NCBI GenBank assembly: GCA_051294905.1 | Contig: CM119372.1 | Location: 28,584,001 to 28,648,000, forward strand | DNA: 64,000 nt | Source of the DNA: Botryllus schlosseri | Lineage: Eukaryota | Direction of reading: 5' to 3' | Part shown: positions 24,779 through 37,462 of the stretch, one piece after another | Layout: the number at the start of each line of letters is the position of its first letter | Position numbering within the stretch: position 1 is the first letter of the stretch | Translations under genes and position numbers: made by a program | Notes under the pieces: generated by a model | The model's database searches: none | Seen by the model: the letters and a program-made list of their open reading frames with translations, nothing else | Told to the model about the DNA's origin: nothing

Positions 24779-27333
24779 ATGGAAAAGAGCCGGAAGAGAA
24801 GTTCTCGGACAAGACTGATATGCAAAAGCTGTCGTCGATCCATATCTTCGTCTTCCAAAGAAGATCACATAACGGCTGCTCATGGGGGCGATTGTTCAAT
24901 TGAGTTTAGTGTGGAAGATCATCTTAAACAAAGCAAGCTAACTTTCAAACCCATTGCTCGGCCCATTGAAGTTGAACAGTCTCAGCAGTCAGTACTGGTG
25001 CCAATCGACAGTGCACATGTAAACTCCTGCTCTCCTGAACTTGATATCCCTACTGTGGCAGTGTCTTGTCCTTCAGTGCCAGAAATACCTGTGATAGCGC
25101 CCAGTGATGATGCTTCGTCATCTGTTCCAAATTACAAAACCATTGCAATGTCAAATGTCGATCTTAGATCTAGTAGTGATTTGCAAACATCTGCTAATTA
25201 TAACATTGAACCTCACCAAATAATTCTACAACGGTACAATCCGAAGAAGTATGATGATGAGAAAAGACCAAGAGATTTCAATCCGAAGCTTTTTAAAACT
25301 CACCCCTGGCTAACATTCAACGAGAAGGACAAGACTATAGAATGCTTTCCATGCATGAAATTTAACAAATCGAAGGAGGCATTCAAGTATCTACAATATA
25401 GGATGCCTCATAAGTTGACTATTCATGCAAAGTGTAAGTCTCATCTTACAGCAATGGAAAAATGGGTTAATCTCAAAATCAATTGCTACAAAAAATCTTC
25501 GATTTTGACAAAAATGCGTGCATGCCACCAAGAAGAGGTAATGCAAAACAGGCGCTACTTGAAAGTGATAATAGAATGTTTACTTTTCACTGTGCAGAAA
25601 AATATTGCCCTACGTAATTATACTGAAAACCGACTCCACATTGATGAAAAATCAGATAGCAACCGTGGTAATTTTCTGGAGCTCCTCAATTTCAGGTGTA
25701 AAGACATTCCATGGCTAGCGTCAAGACTGGAGCATTCGTTAGCACTACATAAACAGTGGACATCCCCAATTATCCAAAATGAAATCGTCGATATAGCAGC
25801 TACTCAAGTACAGAAAGCAATTTGTACAAACATTGCTCAAGCTGGGATTTTCAGTCTCATAGTTGACGAGACGACTGATGTTAGTAATGACGAACAATTG
25901 TCGCTTTGTATACGTCATCTGATGCAAGGTCAAATCAAGGAAAGTTTCATTGGTTTTTATAATCCAAAAAACACTGAAGGCGAAACTTTGTTTCTTCTTG
26001 TAAAAAAAGTTTTAGAAGATTTGGGATTGGACATTGAGAATTTGGTTGGACAGTGCTATGATGGGGCTTCTAACATGAGTGGAAAACACAAAGGTATGGC
26101 AACCAGAATACAGAAAATTGTACCACAGGCAGTATATATGTACATTGTCATGCTCATCGTTTGAACTTGGCCCTTCAGGATACTCTGGAAGCAAATGCCA
26201 TTTTGAGAAATGCCCTTGGTTTAATACAGTCGTTGCATAATTTTTTTCACACACCAAAAAGGGAAACTATTCTACGTAGTTTTTCTGATGAAGAGAAATT
26301 TGGCAAATATGTCAAACTGAAAGGAATTTGTGTGACACGCTGGGTATGTCGTTATAAAGCGGTGAAGTCTATAGACATTCAAACCTGCCGAATAATATTG
26401 GCACTAAAAGCTTGCTCAAATGAAAAAGATTCGAAAACCTGTGTTGATGCTGCTGGTCTACTCAAGGCTGTCTGCAATTTTCAATTCCTTTTGGGACTTA
26501 AAATTTTGAATTGGATTTTCAAATTTACTGACAGCCTTTCCACCCATCTTCAAGGGACAGAAATTGATGTAGGAATTTCACAACAACTGGCAACAGCAAC
26601 CATTTCATGCTTGCGTAATGCAAGGACTAAAACGGCATTTCATGGAATCTGGGAAGACGCTTGTAAATCTGTTGAACATCTGAAACGCCAGGATGTTGAC
26701 ATCGAGGTGACTCTACACCAGAGACAGCAGTGGCCATCTAAAAGGTTCCAAGCACTGGTTGGTGAGGATGGTGAGAGGGACGCAACTAGGGGGTTTTCTG
26801 ATGAGGAAAGGATGTGCTATGAAGTGTACTTCGACGCGATTGACAGAATCTCTGCTGAGCTATCTGAACGGTTTGCCAACAACACGTCGAAAGTTCTTCT
26901 GTCGCTAGCAGAAATGGTACAAGGGAAAGGAACTATGGATGACTATAAAAAAATATCAGCCTTTTATTCCATAGATCAGGAATTGTTGGAATCTGAGTGT
27001 ATTCTGTTCCAAAACTTAAATCCGCAAGGTATGATCAAAAGTGCTGGAGAATGTACGGAACTTCTTGTGTCTACTGGCATTGGAAAAACCCTTCCCCATT
27101 TCTCGAGGGCCGCACAGATTTTTGCCACTATTCCTGCGACATCTTGCACTGCTGAAAGGTCTTTTTCAGGGTTGAGAAGGCTCAAGACCTATCTGAGATC
27201 CACTATGGGGCAGCCACGTCTTACTAACATGGCGGTATTATACCTTGAAAGAGACATGACAAATAATATTGATATTGAGGATATCATAGATGTGTTTGGT
27301 ATTCGCCATGGCAGAAACAAATACTTTTTTTGA
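24779..27333 (+). pseudogene. hAT transposase with one 2-bp frameshift at ~26133-26139
   Basis: TTF-type Zn finger (HPWL...CFPC...H...H), SNRGNFLELL, IVDETTD, GQCYDGASNMSG, TRW, IPATSCTAERSFSGLRRLKTYLRSTMGQPRL. Removing one AT from GTATATATG restores AVYVHCHAHRLNL. Confidence 0.93.
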
Positions 27334-27758
27334 ATTGCCAACAATACCCAGAAATTGGGAAGCCTAGAGTAATCTTGGACTCTGTATCAGTGTGTGTGTG
27401 TGTATCAGTCATTTGCTTTCAGTGTATTTCAGCCCTGAATATCCTGAATATGTGAAAAGTTGTTCCCAGTGCGACATCGAAACAAACAAATGCATTATAA
27501 GTGCTTTTGTGATTCATTGTCTATTTGGGCGATAAAAATATTTTCGCATCCCTAAAAGTTTTTGCTCCCATACACCTATGCTATTAATATATGGTTACTG
27601 TGTTCATTACAGATTTCGTTAATGGAGAATGCACACTGTGCAGTGTGCAGTAGTGCACTGTGCATTACACAGTATCAGTGGCGTTTCACAAGATCCACCT
27701 AAGCATAAGTCGTGATTTCGTCGGATGATAATTCAGCTATATATCGCGATATTACAAC

Positions 27759-28790
27759 ATGGAGAACACCACAAGCGAAACGAGTGCATTCACTGCAACA
27801 GATATGGCTTGGAATATCTTCACGAAACAGGAAATGCTCGTGATCGAGACAGCATTTGGTGCTGTTTGGCTTTTCGTATTTTTCGCGAATGCAACTGTGC
27901 TCATCGCTCTCTGCAGATTGAACAAAACACCTCTCAATGTATTCATGATCGCTTTGTGTTGTTCAGATAGTCTGTCCATGCTTGCCTCTCCATTCGCAGT
28001 CAGACAGACTTTGTATTCGTCCATGGGTAACGACTATCCTTAGAACAGACTCGTCTGCAAAGTATTGTTTCCTACGTTGGTAATTACATCTGCTATCCTA
28101 TCACTATCCAGCTCGTGCTCGTCCTATCAATATGGCGCGTTTATGCTATTAGTCACCCTCACAAAGCCGCAAATGCGATGACAGTGAGAAGAGCGAAAAA
28201 CTTAACAATTGGCATTTGGCAAATTACAGTGTTGGTAGTCGCGCCTTTATCTGCGTACTATCTAAAAGTGATTCTTTTTCTCATATCTTCAAGACTGGGT
28301 TGCTTCTTTCAAATTAGCGATAGAGAGGCGTTTTTTACGATAGTTATTAGAAAAGAGGCCGTTGTTTTTTCTTTTTCACCTAGCTCTCCTGAACTGATCA
28401 TATACACTTCATGTAGTTTGATAAGCGCCTGAATTGTGGCGAGAATTGATGACAGTCAGCAGATCAGAAATTAGTCTACAATAGGCTTTCCCTATATGCC
28501 TCGCTTTTGTAGCTGTGAAAACTTTGCATTGCTATGTCACGCTTCTGTAATCCTATACCGGCTCTCTATTGGCAAAGCGAATATCAGAGCACCATGGAGA
28601 TGACCATAAAACGCATGATAATGATTATCGCACTTTTAAGCAAGGAATGGACGGCGGAATTCGCAATTGGACGCCGCAGTCAGTCCAATACCATCGATGA
28701 CGTCCCAATCATATTTGGCGTTCGCGTCTAGTAGAAACTATTTCATTTTGCTTCGGCGATTCAAAGCGCACTTGGTGAATGCATTTATGC
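27759..28790 (+). pseudogene. Intronless class A (rhodopsin-like) GPCR pseudogene
   Basis: N-terminal glycosylation site (NTT); TM1 FVFFANATVL; TM2 NVFMIALCCSD; stop at 28041-28043 then LVCKV; DRY-equivalent SIWRVYAISHP; TM4 IGIW...VAP; several frameshifts and stops; 3' end approximate. Confidence 0.8.
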
Positions 28791-29019
28791 ATATGTGGAG
28801 AGCGTGCTCACCACAATATTTATTTTGTTGTATGAAATTGGGTGTCAATAAATTTCTGGAAAACTCATACTTACCTGACGAGGCAGTGAACCATGATCAA
28901 AAAGGATTCGTGCGGAGTATTTGGTTGTATTAAGCTAAAGAAAAAGATTGGTATCGCTGGGATACATTGACTTAGCATAAATGTTTAATCTACATCTGCG
29001 CTGTGCAGTTAGATTTAAC

Positions 29020-29150
29020 AGTCGTACCGTCGTACCTAGACCTTAGAGCCGTACACGTGGTTGCCGTACAGACTTACCTTAGTGCCGTACAAGTGGTTGC
29101 CGTACAGACTTACCTCGCCTTACACGCGTTTGCCGTAAACAGATTACCAA
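29020..29150. repeat. ~33-bp tandem repeats (GCCGTACA..TGGTTGCCGTACAGACTTACC), probably a MITE subterminal array
   Basis: 3-4 visible units. Confidence 0.7.
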
Positions 29151-29968
29151 CGTACACGCAGTTGTCGTTGCTCTTTAAAACATACTAACAGCGCAATACA
29201 TATACGGTAGCCTTAAGCTAAAATGATTTACCTGCAGTCCAGGGCTGTCGTGCCTGCAGTCTTCACAAACATACGGCTTGCGCTGTATTGCCTGCAGTTT
29301 CGACACACATACACGGATCGCGCAAACTTAGGCTGCCTTGCCTGCATTTCGGACACACACACAGCTACTCTGCTGTCGCACCCGTTCTTCCAAACAACAG
29401 TGCCTGTAGTTTTAATAAGCACACGGTTTCCTTGTGGCCTCACCTGCAGATAAGAAATACAACATTGGCATATTAGCATACGCGCAGCTGCCTTGCTTGA
29501 AGCTTCCTGTTTAAGGGTCGGGTGCATGGATGCTAATCAGATTAGGGCCTAATCACTAGTTAATTGATTTCTGATTAAGCAGCAGATTAAATTCCAGGGC
29601 ATGGATAGTGATTGACTAGTAATTAATTAATCTATGATTAGCCACGTAAATGACGCATGACTGACGCATTTATCTGAGCTGACGAACCGGAACGGTTGTT
29701 TTGCACTGCTTTCAAAACATCCTACGCATAAGTTTCGGGCGTTTGTTGCTTGATAAACGATAGCTGCCGTTCAGTGCATTATCCAAAACGTATACATGGT
29801 TATCTTCATTGTCTAAATTATAAATTAATGCCTGCTAATGCCATTGTTGACAGGAATATTTCATAGCTGCTTCTGCTTACTATATCAGCTTACTATATCA
29901 GCACCCTACCAAAGTACCAATACGGTAGTCTGTTTATGGTAGTTTATTGGGCATCAAACCACTTTACC

Positions 29969-32585
29969 ATGGACTATCATCTCGATTCGATCATGCTGCT
30001 CTACAATTTGAACAACAGGAGTATACCAAGGCGTATCGTTAGAGACCGGAGTAATACAGTGGAGCACCTATCAAGCGGAGAGTTTGTACATCGTTATCGC
30101 GTGTCCAAGGATTCCTTCATGGTACTCTTGGAGATAATAAAAGACGACCTTCAATACGACTGCAAAAGAAGCCATCCTATTCCTCCCATCTACCGACTAC
30201 TTGCAACCCTACGGTTCTATTCTTCGGTACATTTTCAGAGGACTGACTGAGACTTACTGCAAATGGATAGGACGTCAGTGTGCAGAATTGTTCACCAGGT
30301 GTCAAAAGCAATTGCTAAAAGAAAGCGAAAATTTATAAACTTTCCAAACACGCAGCATCAAATCAATTTAGAACAGATGGCATTTCATAGGGAGCATCAG
30401 TTTCCCGAGGTAATTGGACTCATAGATGGTACACATTAGGGTTGTTCAAAATTTGGAAAATCTTACAAATCCTCCGTTGTAATGTCTTATTCTATAGATT
30501 ATTGATAAAAAACGACACTGAGCCTAAAAAAAGCTTACAGGAACGCCGTTAAGATTTCGTGCAAAGCGTTTGAAAGTAGCTGCCAAAGAATGGGCGTGCC
30601 ACCGACCATCGAACGGCGAGAAGACTAGTAATCACGAAACCACGGCTCTTGATTGGCTGATCGGCTATGCTTCAATGAACACGGCAGCAGCTACTTGCTG
30701 ATTATGTGATCAAGGAGTCTGCTACCGGCGGCGATTCTGGAAGCGCATTGTATGTAGGCTGACAATTAATGATTTAGGATTGATTCAGGGTATGTTGAGG
30801 TACGAAATACATGCTGAACAAACAACAGCTGCTTCATAAATCCGTCTAAAGCATGGCCGCTTTAATGCGAAGGACACCGCCGTAGCCTATATGCCTTGTT
30901 TTCAACGAGGGAAAGCATAGGCGCTTATGCAAGTGGCGACGGATTCCAAGTTTCAGAAAGGATCTATCATTATTGAATACAAATATAAAACTTAACAATG
31001 ACACTACTTTGTCTGTGTGATCTTATTGGGCTCAGGTTGTAGCACATAGTTGAAGTTTTGAAAGCTCTAAGGATCGGCTGAATCAGCGGGTTATGCTTGG
31101 CACTTATCAGATGCTTACAGCAAATTGTATTCACTTGCAAGTGTTGTCAAAGTCCTTAATGCTGACGCAGAAAAGGGGTGTAAAAGTAAGCGCATACTAT
31201 GCTGGACATGATATGTCAAAGTCCTAAATAATCGTGCAGAAAAGGAAAATAAAGGTAAGCACAGACAATGATGCATATTGCACAGTATCCAGCATAGTTT
31301 GTAAGTCATATCCAGCATAGTCTGTGTTTACATTTACACATCGTTTCTGCGGCATCATTAGGGACTTTGTAAACACTTACAAGTGAATTCAATTTGCTGT
31401 AAACATCTGATAAGGGCCAAATTTAACTGTCTGATTCAGCCGATCCCTAGAGCATTCAAAACTGCAACTATGTACTACAACCTAAGCCCAATAAGATCAC
31501 ACAAATTATATTGTCATTGTTAAGCTTTATATTTGTATTCAATAATGATAGATCCTTTCTGAAACTTGGAATACGTCGCCACTTGCATAAGCGCCTATGC
31601 TTTCCCTCGTTGAAAACAAGGCATATAGGCTACGGCGGTGTCCTTCACATTAAGCGGTCATGCTTTAGACGTTTTTGTGAAGCAGCTGTTGTTTGTCCAT
31701 CATGTATTTCGTACCTCAACATACCCTGAATCAATCCTAAATCATTAACTGTCAGCTTACATACAATGCGCTTTCAGAATCGCCACCGGTAGCAGACTCC
31801 TTGATCACATAATCAGCAAGCTGCTGCTGCAGTGGTCATTGAAGCATAGCCGATCAGCCAATCAAGAGCCGTGGTTTCGTGATTACTAGTCTTCTCGCCG
31901 TTCGATGGTCGGTGGTACGCCCATTCTTTGGCAGCTACTTTCAAACGCTTTGCACGAAATCTTAACGGCCTTCCTGTGAGCTTCTTTTAGGCCCATTGTC
32001 GTTTTTTATCAATAATCTATAGAATAAGACATTACAACGGGGGATTTGTAACAATTTCCAAATTTTGGACAACCCTAGTACACATATACCAATTAGATCA
32101 CCTGGTGGACCTAATGCAGAGTTATTCAGGAATCGAAAAGGTTATTTCTCTGTAAATGTACAAGTTGTTTGCAATTCTACAATGGAATTCACGCACATTG
32201 TCGCAAGGTGGCCAGGATCGACTCATGACAGCAGGATATTTGAATCCAGCTCACTTCCTGTGTATCTGTCACGAACGAACAAACTGCTTCTTGGTGACAG
32301 TGGATACCCACTGTTGCAAAATCTGATGACTCCGCTCCTAAATCCTCAATCCGTCGCTGAGAGGCGTTATAATAGATCCCATATATCTACCCGCATTAAA
32401 ATTGAAAGAGCGTTTGGTGTATGGAAGCAAAGGTTTCAATGCTTGATGATTCCACTGCGCACCAGATTAGATAACTCGCTCGTGATAATTGTTGCTACTG
32501 CGTGCATCCACAACTTGTGCATTCGCCGACACGAAGACCTGAGCGACATTATGCAGCTCTCGGATAACGTTGCTGATGTGATAAA
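29969..32585 (+). pseudogene. PIF/Harbinger (HARBI1-like) DDE transposase, interrupted by a foldback element
   Basis: FVHRYRVSK...LATLRFYS...(TGA at 30248)...FPEVIGLIDGTH | insertion | IPIRSP...NRKGYFSVNVQVVC...WPGSTHDSRIF...LLGDSGYP...IERAFGVWKQRFQCL...CIHN. Probable left end TAA|GGGTCGGGTGC at ~29515; right end not found. Confidence 0.92.
30437..32077. mobile_element. 1.64-kb foldback (long-TIR) element
   Basis: Inverted arms of ~775 bp (30437-~31210 and ~31308-32077); termini TAGGGTTGT / ACAACCCTA; perfect TSD GTACACAT at 30429-30436 and 32078-32085. Confidence 0.95.
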
Positions 32586-33842
32586 CAGCACCGTAACTGC
32601 CGCACCCCAAACCCCCCAATTGGGGGGGGGCCAGCTCGACGGGGGCCCAAAATTATTTCGTGAATTAGCATAAATCATAGAGTATTTTTTGAAAATTTAC
32701 GCAATTTTTTCAAATGACCGTTTGTCTTTATTATTGGGTATTGGGCCATTACCGCGCCAAGACCTACCAAGACATACAATCAAGTTTTGGGCCATATAAC
32801 ATGCGACTCCAAGAAGTGTGCCAGAACGATCGGCAGCGAGAAAACCTTGGCCGAAAAGGTCTATGCCCTTATGCTGACCGAAGATTTCGTTATATATACA
32901 AACTACATATAGGTTTAATTGTCCATAGGCGCCTAAATGACTGTCGCCGAATGTTGCTGTCTTTGCAATCTGAACCTCACTAGACAAATACCATCCCGCG
33001 GGGAAAAATTTTATACCAGTGAAGAAATACCAATTTGAAATCGTGTCCGTCTCTTAGTTTAGAAGCTCACGTTTTGGCGATTCTATATTTTTTGTTATAG
33101 CAGACTGAAAGTCACGAAATAACATTATGTAACGAAGTCATATCAACGGGTCCGCCCGCCGAAGATGTTTAATTATTATTTACGGGCTCTCCCGCTTTCC
33201 AGACACTTCACTCGGCTCTACCGGTGAATCTAATTACGTGAGTAGAGAGGACAATAAATTGATAGCATAATATATATGCAATCGCCGATCTGATTGACCG
33301 ATTTTATCATAAATTATCGATAATTTTCGCGCCTCGCGCTGCCTCACAATACAGTACAGATGATGTCGTGACAAACGCGAACAACGTGATGGGGGGTCGT
33401 TTTACACCCTATGGGGGCCCAAGACCCACGTTTTTGGGGCCTGACGAAGTACTGTTTCGTTCCTGCCAATGGGTATACGCCCGAAGATGTTTAATTATTA
33501 TTGAGTCGTCCTACCTTTTCAAACACACCTCACTCAGCTCTACCGGCAAATCTGATTACGTGAGCAGAGAGAAGATAAAAATTGATAACAATATATATGC
33601 AATTCCCGATCATACTGACCGATTCAATCATGAATTCGAGAAATTTTGCGCGCTTCGCGCGCTTAGGCGACAAAAGCTGATTCGCTAAACAAACTCCCAA
33701 CAATATGATAAATAGCGGTAAACAGGGTATCGCTGGAGGGGGATCTGGGGGGCGAAGCCTCCCAGAAGTTCGGCCTATAACCCTATGCGGGGCCCAAGAC
33801 CAAAGTTTTTGGGGGGCCTGACGAAGTGCTGTTACGGCCCTG
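32586..33842. mobile_element. Non-autonomous DNA element (CAG(G/C)NCCGTAAC termini) with an internal ~320-bp duplication
   Basis: Ends CAGCACCGTAAC and GTTACGGCCCTG; homologous partial copies at ~39350-40047 (+), ~53270-53590 (-) and ~53820-54398 (-); TSD not evident. Confidence 0.7.
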
Positions 33843-34264
33843 GTTACAGTAGTACAACTGCGACACGCAGAGGAATTTATTTCAAACTAATTCGAAATTG
33901 CGTGCGCCAGACATGTTTTGTAGAGCTGAGTAGTGTAGAATTGTGCTGTGCGCGTTCTGTATGTCATACATGTCCGTAAAATCGTAGCATACTACTCTAA
34001 TAATGATGATGAATTCCTTTTCATGGGTGAGGCTCGGGTCGCGAGATGCCACTAAAACTCAGATTTTGGTGGTAGTCTAAAAAGCTGATTTATCGTTATT
34101 AAACTGTTATGAGTTCTCAATTTAGATTGAGCTAAAAAGCAGATCACACAGTATCGTGAGTTTATTTGCTCTTCTCGTTTACTCGCGAGACAGAAAATAG
34201 GAGATCGAAAAAAAAACAGAACACAAGTCGGAGCAACGTATCATAAGGTAGCAATCTCTATGAT

Positions 34265-34609
34265 GTGCCTACTCTCCTTGATCGTTTTGGACCTTATTTT
34301 CCAAGACGTAAGGTAAAAGCCTCAACACAAACATGTGGGGTTTCACTGTTTCGACAAACTGGAACCTCTGGTACCTTTGTGTCAGCTCTCAAAAACGATT
34401 TCTGCCAGCAATCATTTTTCACTCGTGAAAAATACGCCGTATCTTGGATAGGAGTGCAGAACAGATTTCAAGATCTGGCCATCCAAGCAATTGTAGACAT
34501 TCTTGTACAAAACCCAACAACTTGTTTCGCCGAGAAAGGTTTTAGTGAAATAGTTGAAATCAAAACGAGCGAAAAAGTTTCCTTTACAATGAGACACTTG
34601 ATAGCTTGA
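34265..34609 (+). pseudogene. Charlie/Buster hAT transposase fragment
   Basis: LAIQAIVDILVQNPTTCFAEKGFSEIVEIK resembles the hAT dimerisation motif TTYLCExGFS. Confidence 0.6.
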
Positions 34610-34829
34610 GCTACATAGTAGCCAATTTGTTGCACATCTGAACAAAATGTTGTTAAGTATCTTCATCATATTTCTGTATAACAAATTTTAGTTAGTTTGT
34701 GCGAATGATATTCATTATACAAAAAAGTGCGAATGGAACTCAAAAAGGTTCAAAAGCACTGCTTCAGACCACTAGTTTCGAATAAAGCAAATTACCACAA
34801 AGCGACTCTCAACTGCTTAGGTTCTAATG

Positions 34830-36191
34830 CAGACCTAGGCAAAGTGCTGCCCGCGAAGCTATTCTGTGCGGCCCGCGAAAGGTTATCTGGAATTCAAAAC
34901 ATAAAACTTGCTTTTTGAATGACTAAAACCATAGGCTGTATCCACTGAGCAGGAAATTCGATTACTTTGAAGCCTGTTCATTAATATGTCACGATTACGC
35001 TGCCTACGTACCTCACATGCGTATTCCAGATTAAAAATAACGGCAATGTGGCAAAGTTTGAGTAGCAATTAAAGTCACAAGAAATCACTCTTTCCATATA
35101 GTTGAGTTTTAACCTTCTTTGTTGCCATTGTCACATTTTGCATTATACGGTATGTGTTTCAAATTGCTACGTGATACGTTTCCAAGTCCCTAATTCGTAA
35201 AACAAGTCAAACAGTACTCGCCATTACTATATCACTCATTATATCTATCACCCAAAATAGATGTCAAAAAAAGAAAGCCTAAAACTGAAATTCAAAGAAG
35301 GTCCAGAGCACTAAATATTTGTATACTGGAGTCAGGGGAAAACCCGTACTTTTAGTTTTTGCCGAGGATGTCGTCGAGATTAAGAATTTTAATTAATGTG
35401 GGTCTTATGACAAAAACACGAAGCACTTAGTAAAAGGAAGGCGAATTTCAGAAAAACAGCAAGCTTCGCTCAACATCAAGGCTATATAAGCTGCACACTG
35501 CTGGGAAGGCAGCGACCGAGACAATAAGTTTTTACTATCGCATATACATTTCAGTGCAGTGGTTCTAGAAGTGGGGGGGGCGGGAAAGCATCTGAAGGGG
35601 CGTGCGAAGCCGCAGTTTAATAATATTTTTTTCGCGCTCCGCGCGATTTACCACCGGTTTATACTTGTTGCTCTGTGTTTTGTCCGACTTTTATCTGTCA
35701 GAATTCTCTCATCAACAGCCATAACGTTCCATGCCAACCAACTATCCGTTGGGATTGCTAGCATTCACATCGCACTATTTAATATTTTGCGATATATCTT
35801 GATAAGGGGCGCGAAATATTTCACTATCATAAAGGGAGGCGTGCCTAAAAAAGTTTGAGAACAACAGTTTTAGAATCTTAATAGAAGAACGTGGTTAGGG
35901 GTTTAAAGAGAGTTAGAAATGTATCATGTTAACATTGTTTCGAATCATGACGGCTAATAAATATTTTTTTAATAACCGTCACTTTCTCTTTACCTAACAT
36001 CAACACATTCATTAAGCATCATTTATTAACAATGTAATTTAGAAATGAAATTACATCATCATCGGCAAGCACTTGGCTGAGAAATGAAATTAAAACACGC
36101 TGGAAAATTTAGCTAAATTTTTTCATTCGGCCCGCCAACGTATTTTTTACTTCTCATTTGGACCGCGGAGGAAAATAATTGTCCACCCCTG
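34830..36191. mobile_element. Charlie-type non-autonomous element with nested MITE (~35558-35868)
   Basis: Perfect TSD TTCTAATG at 34822-34829 and 36192-36199; ends match the 120-bp element at 42126-42245. Confidence 0.85.
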
Positions 36192-36749
36192 TTCTAATGC
36201 AACACCGACAATGCCAGAATTGAAGTTGTCAAGGTTAATGGCTACAAAGATATGAGGGCCACAATTGATTTGATCATTTAATTGAACTTGACGAACATTA
36301 CGTTTGGTCACTAATCCACGCCCTTACTATATGCTATGTAAAATCATTCTCATTTACCAGCAGGTACGAGTATAGAGTACGTAAATTGAATGTTAGGCTG
36401 AACGAAATTTTGACCAATGTTAGGGCACGGAAATCATGTTGAAGGTATATATGCGTAGCAGAATTTTACTAGTAATTTGTGGAAAGCTAGGGGATAGAAT
36501 CATTAGAAGTCGCGAAGAAGTTCAATCGGTATCACTTTTCTTATCGCCGACCTCACTGCAATTGCAGCGACTTAAAAAGCCCAGAAAGTATAATGAGCTT
36601 AAAAGTTGCAGCAAAGATCCGATGAATGATGAATGACTGATTCGTTGAAGAGGAAGTGTAAGAAAAGTCGCCATTGAAAATGCATTGAACTGTCGAAATT
36701 GCCATTGTGGCATTGTCGTGGAGCGCAAAGCATAATAAGGCTATATAAG

Positions 36750-37462
36750 CAGGGCATGGTATGGTATGGTATGGCATTGAACGAAATTTCGGTATGGAAT
36801 ATGGAAAAATGCAAGTATGGTATGGTATGGAGATTTCCCATGGTATGTAATGCTTTTTCCATACTTCCATACTTTTTCCATACTTTGACAGTTTTGCCAG
36901 AATCATGACTTTGATCCTACTTTCGATTTGTCAAGTTGATTGCATACCTCAGAAAATCGCTCACTGTCTATGGTTCATATCTCGAATTGTGATTCATGAC
37001 TCACCCACCCCGGACGATATTTATTTGAAGACAACAAAGTTGCGCATCGCGCATATGAAGGAAAATAATATTAATAATAATTTTTCAATCTAAATATCAT
37101 AAAAACGAATGATATTCGACCGCTGTCGTGTTACAACTTGCATTTCGATTGTCGTGACTTCCACTCCGTAAACTACCAATGGAGTTGTAAAAACCGTAGA
37201 CTCTGACAATGTAGAAGTTACACGAACATTTTGATCAATTTGTTGAACTTGTAAATAATTTTCTGCGCTTTGGTACGATTATCATCACGCAATGTCCATT
37301 TGACATAACCGCATTGTAATTCAACGAAGATTAACCGCATTGTAATTCAAAGAAGATTGCTAAGTATGGTATGAAAAATTGCCAAGTATGGTATGGAGCG
37401 ATTGGGGTGGGTATGGAGTATGGAAAATTTCCATTCCATTCCATACCATATACCATGCCCTG
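36750..37462. mobile_element. MITE with (GTATG)n subterminal repeats
   Basis: TIR CAGGGCATGGTAT / ATACCATGCCCTG; TSD TATATAAG/ACTATAAG. Confidence 0.8.

Larger units (their letters stand above)
22082..27580 (+). mobile_element. Full-length hAT transposon (ZMYM1/TTF-type, DUF4371 transposase)
   Basis: Perfect 16-bp TIR CATAGGTGTATGGGAG / CTCCCATACACCTATG; perfect 8-bp TSD CTATTAAT at 22074-22081 and 27581-27588. Confidence 0.95.

Noticed and set aside
26133..26164. Programmed frameshift or two-gene arrangement in the hAT transposase
   Set aside because: Fully explained by a 2-bp microsatellite insertion within a conserved motif
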